Source: a virus. Taken from it: a DNA stretch of 64,000 nucleotides. Below the pieces are notes generated by a model. It was not told the origin of the DNA and did no database searches. It worked only from the letters and a program-made list of their open reading frames with translations. Where the stretch lies: IMG/VR virus record IMGVR_UViG_3300044716_000883, positions 115,382 to 179,381 of that record; one strand, given 5' to 3'. The translations under genes were made by a program, and so were the position numbers. This document shows positions 30,898 to 39,004 of the stretch, piece after piece (position 1 is the first letter of the stretch; each line of letters starts with the position of its first letter).

Positions 30898-32456
30898 GAA
30901 TATCAGCATATTACCATGACTCAGCAGCTTGCTTATTTAGAGACGGCAAATTGATATATGCTTGTGAAGAAGAAAAATTTACAGGTATTAAACATGATTC
31001 TTCATTTCCTGTTAATTCAATAAAGTATATTTTTGATCATTTTACTGATAAAGTAGATCTTGTATGCTATTATGAAAAACCTTCTTTAAAAATAAAAAGA
31101 GCATTTAAACATAATCTTAAATCTGTTCCTCGTATATTGTGGACTAGTATTAAATTATGGTTTCAATTAGGGCAATTTAATGCTCCTGTACATTATTCTT
31201 CTCACCATAATTCTCATTTAGCATATGCTTATTATACCTCACCTTTTGATAAAGCAACAGTAATTAGCATAGATGGCGTTGGTGAGGAAGATACAATATG
31301 TGTTGCTAAAGCTGAGTATGGAAGAATAACACCAATAAAAACAACTAAATATCCACATTCATTAGGATTATTTTATTCTGCTATAACAGCATTTTTAGGA
31401 TTTAAACCAAATGAAGGTGAATATAAAGTAATGGGTTTAGCATCATATGGTGACCCCTCAGTGTATTCTGGTGCTTTCAATAAATTAATTTCTCATAGAG
31501 ATGGTATTAAAACAAACATGAAATACTTTACTTGGGATAAAAGTAATGATACTATGTTTAATCATCACTTAATAGAATTATTAGGTGATAATAGATTACC
31601 TAATGAACCAATAACCCAACGTCATAAAGATATTGCTGCTGCTTTACAACAACAATATGAGAGTATGTTTTTCTATTTATTAAATCAACATCCTGGAGAA
31701 AATTTATGTTTAGGGGGTGGTTGTGCTTATAATGGAACCGCAAATGGCAAAATTAAAGTATACACCGATTATAAAAACATTTATATACCACAAGCACCAT
31801 CAGATGCTGGATCGTGTATTGGTGCGTGTTTAAATTATTTAGGGTACCATCGTGAAGTAGACAAATATTTAGGGCCACATTTTGATACACAAATTCAAGG
31901 TGCTAGACTTTTAAATTTATGGCTACTTGCTGAAGAATTATATAAAGGTAAAGTTATAGGTTGGTATGAAGGTAAAATTGAATTTGGAGCTCGCGCATTG
32001 GGTCACCGCAGTATATTAGCAAGCCCAACATACCCTGGTATGCAAGACCGTATCAATAAGCTCATTAAAAAACGAGAAATGTTCAGGCCTTTTGCTCCAA
32101 TGGTAACTTATAATACCCAAAATAAGTATTTTTATTCCGATGATTACGTGCCTTATATGAACCAAGTAGTTAAGGTTAGAGAAGAATATAGAGATAAACT
32201 AACCGCAATTACACATGTTGATGGTACTGCTCGTATACAATCTGTAAAATTAGAAGATAATGATAGAATATATAGATTATTAAATCTTTTTGGTGAGCAT
32301 AGTGGATTTCCTATATTATTGAATACATCATTCAATATAAAAGATAAAACAATGGTGCTATACCCAGAAGATGCTTTACAAACGTTCTGGGATACCGACA
32401 TAGACATATTAGTTATTAACAATCAAATGATATTTAAAAATGATAAAATTAATTAA
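30885..32456 (+). CDS. NodU/CmcH-family carbamoyltransferase
   Basis: LGISAYYHDSAA, HH.SH, IDGVGE, SLGLFY, EYKVMGLA.YG, GGCAYN, D.G, EFGARALGHRS, FRPFAP, HVDGTARIQ, LNTSFN. Confidence 0.92.
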   Translation: MDILGISAYYHDSAACLFRDGKLIYACEEEKFTGIKHDSSFPVNSIKYIFDHFTDKVDLVCYYEKPSLKIKRAFKHNLKSVPRILWTSIKLWFQLGQFNAPVHYSSHHNSHLAYAYYTSPFDKATVISIDGVGEEDTICVAKAEYGRITPIKTTKYPHSLGLFYSAITAFLGFKPNEGEYKVMGLASYGDPSVYSGAFNKLISHRDGIKTNMKYFTWDKSNDTMFNHHLIELLGDNRLPNEPITQRHKDIAAALQQQYESMFFYLLNQHPGENLCLGGGCAYNGTANGKIKVYTDYKNIYIPQAPSDAGSCIGACLNYLGYHREVDKYLGPHFDTQIQGARLLNLWLLAEELYKGKVIGWYEGKIEFGARALGHRSILASPTYPGMQDRINKLIKKREMFRPFAPMVTYNTQNKYFYSDDYVPYMNQVVKVREEYRDKLTAITHVDGTARIQSVKLEDNDRIYRLLNLFGEHSGFPILLNTSFNIKDKTMVLYPEDALQTFWDTDIDILVINNQMIFKNDKIN

Positions 32457-32547
32457 ACGCTGGATTGATAAATGGAAACACAAGCGTAAAATGAAAAAAA
32501 GAATTGAACAACTAAAGAAAAACGATCCATTCATCTATAAACATTAA
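32440..32547 (+). CDS. 35-aa basic peptide MIKLIKRWIDKWKHKRKMKKRIEQLKKNDPFIYKH, absent from the ORF track
   Basis: ATG 32440 to TAA 32547, coupled to both neighbours. Confidence 0.6.
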   Translation: MIKLIKRWIDKWKHKRKMKKRIEQLKKNDPFIYKH

Positions 32548-32548
32548 T

Positions 32549-32968
32549 ATGATAACAGTATTATTTGGACAACCACACTCAGGTAAAACAACATTAGCTG
32601 ATAAACTAGAAGCGGATTATTATATAGATGGAGACCATCTAAGAACTATGTTTCAAAACAAAGATTATAGTAGGCAAGGTAGAATTAATAACTTAAATAG
32701 AGCTAGTGATATTGCTACTTATTTACATTATAACGGTGAAAACGTAGTTTTATCTTTAGTTTATCCATACCAAGAAACAAGAAATTACTTAAATGGCTTG
32801 GTACCTGGGGTTAAATGGATTTATTTAACATATGAAATAGATAGAGGTAGAGAACAATTCCACGTAGCTGATTTTGAACACCCAGCTGATGATGAAGCTC
32901 TATACTTAAATACAGAATGGATAAGCGAAGAAGATTGTATCAAACAAATTAAAGAATATGTGGGATAA
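32549..32968 (+). CDS. Adenylylsulfate kinase (CysC)-like P-loop kinase, short
   Basis: GQPHSGKTT, IDGDHLR, R..NLNRASDIA, SLVYPY..TR. Confidence 0.7.
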   Translation: MITVLFGQPHSGKTTLADKLEADYYIDGDHLRTMFQNKDYSRQGRINNLNRASDIATYLHYNGENVVLSLVYPYQETRNYLNGLVPGVKWIYLTYEIDRGREQFHVADFEHPADDEALYLNTEWISEEDCIKQIKEYVG

Positions 32969-33356
32969 GAAAGTACATGTTAAAAGTTCAATGGAACGTA
33001 AAGATAGTCAATGGTCATTGTTTATTGGACGTTGGCAACCACTCCACACAGGCCATAAAGAATTATTTAGACAAGTAATTAGTGAAGGTGGTAAAGTGTG
33101 TGTTGGTATTAGAGATGGAGAAGTTAATGAAAAAAATCCATTTAGTCCATTTCAAGTAATGGATACTATTTTTAATGAAATGCAAGCTGAAGTAGAAGCA
33201 GGCACTCTAAAAGTAATCATTATACCAGATATTTGCAGTGTTGAATTTGGACGCGGTGTTGGATACGATATTATAGAGCATATACCACCACCAGAAGTGG
33301 CCGAAATATCAGCGACTAAAATACGTGAACAAATGAAATCTGAAGGTAAATTATGA
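32958..33356 (+). CDS. HxGH nucleotidyltransferase (cytidylyltransferase/NMNAT-like fold)
   Basis: FIGRWQPLHTGH, KNPF, EISATKIR. Confidence 0.8.
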   Translation: MWDKKVHVKSSMERKDSQWSLFIGRWQPLHTGHKELFRQVISEGGKVCVGIRDGEVNEKNPFSPFQVMDTIFNEMQAEVEAGTLKVIIIPDICSVEFGRGVGYDIIEHIPPPEVAEISATKIREQMKSEGKL

Positions 33357-33700
33357 TAAAATATCCTACCTATTTTGTAGATATAGATGGTACACTAATT
33401 AAGTACAGAAAATTCAGTGAAATAAATGAAATACCACCAACACCTATACAAAGTGTTATTGATAAAGTAAATAATGAATATGACAACGGTACTCATATAG
33501 TAATTACAACTGCTCGACCTGCAGAACTTGAGTTGTTTACAAAACAAGAACTAGAAAAAATTGGCGTAAAATACCATCAATTAGTAATGGAAATTGGTAG
33601 AGGTACAAGATACATTATCAATGATAGAGACCCAGAAGCACCTGAAGTTGATAGAGCAGTTGGTATTAATTTAAATAGAAATGAAGGAATATGCATGTAA
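33353..33700 (+). CDS. Minimal HAD-superfamily phosphatase
   Basis: FVDIDGTL, ITTAR, IINDR. Confidence 0.75.
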   Translation: MIKYPTYFVDIDGTLIKYRKFSEINEIPPTPIQSVIDKVNNEYDNGTHIVITTARPAELELFTKQELEKIGVKYHQLVMEIGRGTRYIINDRDPEAPEVDRAVGINLNRNEGICM

Positions 33701-33900
33701 GTAAAAAAAGACATATAGCCAAAACCATTAGTTATCGCGTTATTAGTACGCTGATTGGATTTGGCATTATGTGGGCTGTTACCGGCAGCATTAAAATCGG
33801 TGCTGCGTTTGGTATTGCTGAATTAGTATATAAACCAATACAGTATTACATTCATGAACGGATATGGTATAAGTGGATTAAATATGGTTTAAAAAACTAA
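33691..33900 (+). CDS. DUF2061-like small membrane protein
   Basis: RHIAKTISYR...YYIHERIW. Confidence 0.7.
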   Translation: MHVSKKRHIAKTISYRVISTLIGFGIMWAVTGSIKIGAAFGIAELVYKPIQYYIHERIWYKWIKYGLKN

Positions 33901-33908
33901 TATTTATA
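33900..33908 (+). promoter_or_regulatory. Candidate promoter motif ATATTTATA heading the Hint cassette
   Basis: Intergenic copy of the recurrent motif. Confidence 0.45.
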
Positions 33909-33914
33909 TGTGTT

Positions 33915-34202
33915 ATGAATAAAATAAAAGAAATAATGAGTGCATGGGCTGTATCATTTAACCCATCACCAGAACAAAGAGAATTAGCGGAGAAGCGATA
34001 TGAGATATGTTTAGGTTGCGAACATTATGGTAAAAGTAGACCTGTAATCGGAGATGAATATTGTAAAAAATGTTTATGTTCTCTACAAAAAAAGGTATAT
34101 ACACCGAAATTAAACAAAACCTGTCCTCTTAAAAAATGGGAAATTGTAGAAAAAGAATTTAAAGATAAAGAAATAAAAAAAAATAAACAAACATTAATAT
34201 AA
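33915..34202 (+). CDS. Small six-Cys protein, paralogue of 38422..38655
   Basis: AE.R..IC..C...C..C.C.L.KK...CPL.KW. Confidence 0.7.
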   Translation: MNKIKEIMSAWAVSFNPSPEQRELAEKRYEICLGCEHYGKSRPVIGDEYCKKCLCSLQKKVYTPKLNKTCPLKKWEIVEKEFKDKEIKKNKQTLI

Positions 34203-34206
34203 TAAT

Positions 34207-35670
34207 ATGAGAGCAGTTATAGTCGGACTAGATTTTATATATGACTCAGTTGGCAATTTACTACCAATAGAAATGAACACAAACATTGGTTATGCCAACC
34301 AAAAAGTTGAAAAGGATTCAGATGTTTTTGATATGACTGAGTTTCAAAACTTTGTAACCACAAATGGGTTTTTAAAAGTAACATATATAGGTAAAAATAC
34401 TCAAATTAAAGAACAAATTGAAAAGGTTACTACTCAACTTTCTTTAGAATTTGAGTCAATGTTGGTCTCAACATCTGCTATTACTATACCATATGTTGAA
34501 GATAGTCCAACACATTTAATTGTAAGAACAGCTTTTGACACGACTGCAATTTTAGATGATCTTTATTGTGGAAATAAGATTAATTATTTAAACCTAATAA
34601 AAGACTCCGAATTTGGACTAGAGTTTGCATATCTTAATGAAGATGGAGAGTTAGTTAACCACATCACAAATATATTAGATAATGGAATCCACCCAAACTT
34701 CATATTAAAGGCTGTAAAACCAGCATATGACAAAAAAATATACCCAAAATTTTATAGAGTTTCAAATCAAACAGAATTAGATATTGTATTACAAAACGTA
34801 ACCTCTGATTATTTTTTAATGCCATTCTACTTTAATGAAACAAAACTACATTCAGAAAAAATAACTAAAATAAGAAAAATTAGTATGTTTTTTCCTCCTA
34901 ACTTGGAGTCTATCCATATAGGAGCATATACTGATTTAGCAATACAAAAATTAAATAGCAATGTTGTTTTTGATCCAGATACATTTGAAATAGATAACAT
35001 AAATAGGTTGGCATACTTTACAAGAGATTTCAGGATAGAGGGTTTACCGAAATTAATGGATGATGATTATGTAATAATGGCTGATGATACAATGAAGAGC
35101 GGATTGGATTTGCAAGTTGGTGATTTAGTTAAAACAATAGATATACCCAACCCAGAAAATGCTGATGCTAAGAATATAATGGTTAATTATCAAATTGATA
35201 TGGAAACCTTTTTAAGTGGTGTTACATATAGTACAAATAAAGTAACAAGCAAAAGAAGAATTGATATTGTAGTTGAAGTTATGGAAATAAATTTTAGTGA
35301 TGGTACAAATTGGTTCGATACAGTAAACTCAAGTTATTTAGTTTACGAAAATAATGAAATTAAATTTAAAAAAATAATGGATTTTGTTGAAGGAGACATT
35401 GTGTTATTAGTTGATACATCTGATAGCCAGAATGTACAAATACAACAAAAAATAGTACAAAGCACAACCTTAAAAGAAAAAGAATTTTCAGGTTGGACAA
35501 TTTCAGTTGAGAGAGAACATCTATTTTTAACAGTTACAACACCAAACACTACTAATGTATCTTTTGCTAATACATTTTTTGCTGCGGTGGAACATAATTA
35601 TTATTCCTGTATTTATGACACTACATGTGGTAAAGGTTACTTTTGTCTCCGAGGCAGATGTACAACATAA
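34207..35670 (+). CDS. Fusion protein: putative circularly permuted ATP-grasp + Hint domain + C-terminal 4-Cys peptide
   Basis: N-terminal GLDFIYD..GNLLPIEMNTN.G; PNFILKAVKP; Hint blocks KLMDDDYVIMADDTMKSGLDLQVGDLV through AAVEHN; then YYSCIYDTTCGKGYFCLRGRCTT. Confidence 0.6.
   Translation: MRAVIVGLDFIYDSVGNLLPIEMNTNIGYANQKVEKDSDVFDMTEFQNFVTTNGFLKVTYIGKNTQIKEQIEKVTTQLSLEFESMLVSTSAITIPYVEDSPTHLIVRTAFDTTAILDDLYCGNKINYLNLIKDSEFGLEFAYLNEDGELVNHITNILDNGIHPNFILKAVKPAYDKKIYPKFYRVSNQTELDIVLQNVTSDYFLMPFYFNETKLHSEKITKIRKISMFFPPNLESIHIGAYTDLAIQKLNSNVVFDPDTFEIDNINRLAYFTRDFRIEGLPKLMDDDYVIMADDTMKSGLDLQVGDLVKTIDIPNPENADAKNIMVNYQIDMETFLSGVTYSTNKVTSKRRIDIVVEVMEINFSDGTNWFDTVNSSYLVYENNEIKFKKIMDFVEGDIVLLVDTSDSQNVQIQQKIVQSTTLKEKEFSGWTISVEREHLFLTVTTPNTTNVSFANTFFAAVEHNYYSCIYDTTCGKGYFCLRGRCTT
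35050..35598 (+). other. Hint (intein-like) domain ending in His-Asn, with Lys at the Cys1 position
   Basis: Manual alignment to intein blocks A, B, F and G. Confidence 0.7.
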
Positions 35671-35717
35671 TACTAATCAACACCCCCAAATTAATTAATA
35701 TTAAATTTCTATATAAA

Positions 35718-35795
35718 ATGACAAGTCAAGAAAAACAAATTACAGACAATATTGTAAATAGTATTGGTAATTTAATAGTGCAGGCTAATAGCTAA
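35718..35795 (+). CDS. 25-aa ORF MTSQEKQITDNIVNSIGNLIVQANS, absent from the ORF track
   Basis: ATG to TAA within the 150-bp gap, preceded by an A-rich leader like other genes. Confidence 0.4.
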   Translation: MTSQEKQITDNIVNSIGNLIVQANS

Positions 35796-35821
35796 TTAAA
35801 TAAGATTTTTAAATAAAGTTT

Positions 35822-36553
35822 ATGTCAATTTGTGTAAATAACGACCTTATATGGGTGGCAACCCCAAAATGTGCTAGCATGTCTATAGAATGTGCTTTTA
35901 TTAATTCTAATCTGAACATAGATCATTACAAATACGGACAAAGTAAATCTTATCCTGAACATCATCATATTAGGTTATCTGATTTGTATCAAAAATTTGG
36001 TAAAAAAGATACTGCAGTAATTAAAAGAGATTATTTTGACAGATGGATTAGTGGATTACAGTATTTGTGGATGATGTATGAGGAAAAAAATTATGAAATA
36101 ATAATAAAATGGGAAGATATCAATAATGATTTTATATATGAGACTTTCACACCAGAATTTATCGATCAAATATACTCTTTACCATCCTCAGTAAATTCAT
36201 CAGATCTATTAAGTTTTAGCGAAATAAACAAATATAAGGAAGTATTAAAACTAATTACTTCTAAATTAGTAAAACCAAAACTAAAAGACTCTAATACCCC
36301 CTTTAATCCATATTTTTTGCTAAAATCACAATCACATTGGGTAGATAATAATAAATGTACATATGAATTTAATATTAGTGAGATTGACAAATTTGAAAAT
36401 TTTATTTCAAATAGATATAATGTGAAATTTAAGGTATGTAAGTTAAATCAAAATAAATCTAGAAAAAATCAAATCATAAAAGACGAAAAACTTAAACAAT
36501 GGGTATGGGATAATTTTGAGAAAAGATTTGAAAAAAGAAACTCATTAATATGA
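35822..36553 (+). CDS. Sulfotransferase family 2-like
   Basis: WVATPKCASMSI PAPS-binding loop, HHHI, RDYFDRWISG, SQSHW. Confidence 0.7.
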   Translation: MSICVNNDLIWVATPKCASMSIECAFINSNLNIDHYKYGQSKSYPEHHHIRLSDLYQKFGKKDTAVIKRDYFDRWISGLQYLWMMYEEKNYEIIIKWEDINNDFIYETFTPEFIDQIYSLPSSVNSSDLLSFSEINKYKEVLKLITSKLVKPKLKDSNTPFNPYFLLKSQSHWVDNNKCTYEFNISEIDKFENFISNRYNVKFKVCKLNQNKSRKNQIIKDEKLKQWVWDNFEKRFEKRNSLI

Positions 36554-37047
36554 TAATATCAAACAAATATTTTAATCATTCTGAATGTTTAACTATATTA
36601 GATTTTGTAAAATCCAACCAACAAAAATGGAAATTATTTAATAGAGAATATGAATCCCATGCTATAGATTATTCACTTGAAACAATGTGGTTATTTGAAA
36701 AGCTTAGTTCTTTTTTTGAAGAAAATATAAATTTAAAAATAAAAAAATTAAAACCACAAATACATTTTCATAAATTTAAAGAAGGTGATTGGTTTGGAAA
36801 ACATAATGACGCCCGAGATAATAGAGTATATGCTGTCGGTGTTTTATTAAATGACAATTTTGATGGAGGAGATTTTAAATTTTATAACCCAACAGAACAA
36901 ACACTAAATAAAATAGTAGGAAATACTTACTTGTTTGATGTTAGAATTGAACATGAAATAACACCTATTATAAAAGGAGAAAGATATTCATTATTGTGGT
37001 TTTTACAAAACGAACATATCAAATTTCAAACAAATAAATTAATATAA
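36550..37047 (+). CDS. 2OG-Fe(II) oxygenase (prolyl-4-hydroxylase-like)
   Basis: KF.EGDWFGKHND (HxD), FDGGDF, HEITPI.KGERYSL. Confidence 0.85.
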   Translation: MIISNKYFNHSECLTILDFVKSNQQKWKLFNREYESHAIDYSLETMWLFEKLSSFFEENINLKIKKLKPQIHFHKFKEGDWFGKHNDARDNRVYAVGVLLNDNFDGGDFKFYNPTEQTLNKIVGNTYLFDVRIEHEITPIIKGERYSLLWFLQNEHIKFQTNKLI

Positions 37048-37664
37048 TGAAAGGTACAGAAGAACTTATAATAAGTAACAATGCAATAAAATTATCAACT
37101 GATGATGAATATAGTGCCGTTATGCACATTGCCGAAAAATCTATAATGAATAAACTTGCAGAAATTGTTACTAAAAATGGAGGTGATATACTAGAAATTG
37201 GATTTGGTATGAACCTATCTGCCGATGCTATACAATCAAATCCAAATGTAACGTCTCATACTATAATTGAAATCCATCCTATACAATACCAAAGAGCATT
37301 AGAATGGGCAAAATTGCAAAAAAAGAAAACTACAATTTTACTAGGAGATTGGATTGATTTACTTCCACTTTCTGATGTAAAATTCGATGGTATTTTACAT
37401 GATACACATTTAGACTCAAATATACATAAATTTTTAGACTATGTTGTAGATAATTGTAAAAAAAATACGATTGTTGGTTTTTTTGGATTTCCTAAATTTG
37501 ACTTACGTTTAAATGGAGTTAGATGTTCAATTGATAGTGAAATATATGAAACACTCCCTTATAAGGATAATATACATTTTAAACATAATCAATTTGAATT
37601 AAAATATACTATATTTGATGGAACACAATTTAAATCAGACAATAAAACAATATCTTTACTATAA
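37047..37664 (+). CDS. GAMT/Rmt2-like guanidino N-methyltransferase
   Basis: VMHIAE..IM..LA...GGDILEIGFGM...HTIIE.HP...W...FDGILHDT closely follows guanidinoacetate methyltransferase motifs. Confidence 0.7.
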   Translation: MKGTEELIISNNAIKLSTDDEYSAVMHIAEKSIMNKLAEIVTKNGGDILEIGFGMNLSADAIQSNPNVTSHTIIEIHPIQYQRALEWAKLQKKKTTILLGDWIDLLPLSDVKFDGILHDTHLDSNIHKFLDYVVDNCKKNTIVGFFGFPKFDLRLNGVRCSIDSEIYETLPYKDNIHFKHNQFELKYTIFDGTQFKSDNKTISLL

Positions 37665-37679
37665 GAAATCTGACTTAAA

Positions 37680-38117
37680 ATGATAAAATTCGAATTAGAT
37701 ATTAACGATTATAATTTAATTAAAGATTTAAATGTATTGCAATATAAGGATGATTTGCAATCCGATGATATAAAAAAATTAATAACATATTTTAATTCTG
37801 AATATACATGGGATAAGATGTTTAATTTTAATGATGTTACGGATAGAATTAAAAATGGCCATTTATTATTTATTTTATATTATGAAAATAAATCTATTGG
37901 ATATGTATTTTTCAAACCAATAACCAATTCCGAATTTTATCTTTATAATTTATATGTTACAAACAAAATATATCGTCCTTTCTATGCACCTCAGTGGTTT
38001 GTAAATAGATGTATAGGTTTATTACCAAAATCAATTTTAAAAATATTGTGTGAATGCGAAGACTGGCATGCATCAGCACAAAATGTGTTTATTTCAAACG
38101 GATTTATAAAAATTTAA
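37680..38117 (+). CDS. GNAT-fold acetyltransferase-like
   Basis: IGYVFF...YLYNLYV...R...W..SAQNVF..NGF. Confidence 0.55.
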   Translation: MIKFELDINDYNLIKDLNVLQYKDDLQSDDIKKLITYFNSEYTWDKMFNFNDVTDRIKNGHLLFILYYENKSIGYVFFKPITNSEFYLYNLYVTNKIYRPFYAPQWFVNRCIGLLPKSILKILCECEDWHASAQNVFISNGFIKI

Positions 38118-38131
38118 TTATATAAAATAAA

Positions 38132-38163
38132 TTTGGTGGTCTCCATTCTCTTGTATATATTTA
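38132..38163 (+). promoter_or_regulatory. Bacteroidota-type sigma70 promoter TTTG-N20-TATATTTA
   Basis: Matches the -33 TTTG / -7 TAnnTTTG consensus spacing. Confidence 0.6.
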
Positions 38164-38185
38164 TATCAAACAAATAAAATTTATT

Positions 38186-38422
38186 ATGACAGTATTAGTA
38201 ATCCTAATCATCGTTGCCGTAGCGGTATTCGTTGCTATGAAAACCGGTAAGGTTAAAGATGCAAACAACAACAACATTCCTGACGCTATTGAAAAGCCAC
38301 TTGAAGAAGTAAAAGAAGTAGTTAAAGCAACTGTTGCAAAAGTAAAAGCTACTAAAGCACCACAAGCTCCTAAAGCAACAAAAAAACCAGTAGCAAAAAC
38401 TAGTGCTAAAAAGCAAAAGTAA
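38186..38422 (+). CDS. Membrane-anchored small protein with a Lys/Ala/Pro-rich tail
   Basis: N-terminal hydrophobic helix, DANNNNIPD, KAPKATKKPVAK tail. Confidence 0.65.
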   Translation: MTVLVILIIVAVAVFVAMKTGKVKDANNNNIPDAIEKPLEEVKEVVKATVAKVKATKAPQAPKATKKPVAKTSAKKQK

Positions 38423-38655
38423 TGCTAAAACTAGCAGAAATAGCTAAGGCATGGATAGCAGCAGCTAATCCAACACCTGGGCAAAAAATTATAGCAGAGC
38501 ATAGGGCGAGTGTTTGTGACACTTGCCCAAGCAAAGCTTATAATAAAATAATGGATTTCTATTTTTGCAGTGAATGTGGATGTCCACTAAACAAAAAAAT
38601 TTTCAGTCCTGTTGAGGGACCTAAAGCTTGCCCGTTAGCTAAATGGGAAAAATAA
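38422..38655 (+). CDS. Small six-Cys protein, paralogue of 33915..34202
   Basis: Same Cys spacing and AW..NP.P.Q...AE.R motif. Confidence 0.7.
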   Translation: MLKLAEIAKAWIAAANPTPGQKIIAEHRASVCDTCPSKAYNKIMDFYFCSECGCPLNKKIFSPVEGPKACPLAKWEK

Positions 38656-38659
38656 CGTT

Positions 38660-38929
38660 ATGGCACAATTAACACCAGAAGAATTACAATCAGTTAAAGA
38701 CTTACAGTCTAAGTACAATCAAACCATATTTGAAATCGGTGCGTCTGAAGCGCAAATGATCGCATTTCAACAGGGCATTGAGAAATTACAAAAAGCTAAA
38801 GAAGGCTTAATATCTGATCTATCAACAATTGAACAGAAAGAATCGGAACTAATTAAATCTTTGCAAGAAAAGTACGAACAAGGCAGTATAGATCTAGAAA
38901 CAGGAAAAATAACATTGGATCAACAATAA
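38660..38929 (+). CDS. Coiled-coil hypothetical protein
   Basis: 89 aa with a heptad pattern; G.IDLETG end. Confidence 0.6.
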   Translation: MAQLTPEELQSVKDLQSKYNQTIFEIGASEAQMIAFQQGIEKLQKAKEGLISDLSTIEQKESELIKSLQEKYEQGSIDLETGKITLDQQ

Positions 38930-38953
38930 CCTGCGGTTTATAGCTGTTTTTGG

Positions 38954-38961
38954 ATATTTAT
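38954..38961 (+). promoter_or_regulatory. Candidate late-promoter motif upstream of the tail sheath gene
   Basis: Intergenic ATATTTAT. Confidence 0.45.
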
Positions 38962-39004
38962 TATTAGGTCAATCCTATTAAATTTTCAAAAACAATTATA
39001 AAAA

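Noticed and set aside
35050-35598. Classical splicing intein or homing element
   Set aside because: No Cys/Ser at position 1, no block-B His, Tyr at +1 and no endonuclease, so splicing is unlikely; kept as a cleavage-type Hint domain.
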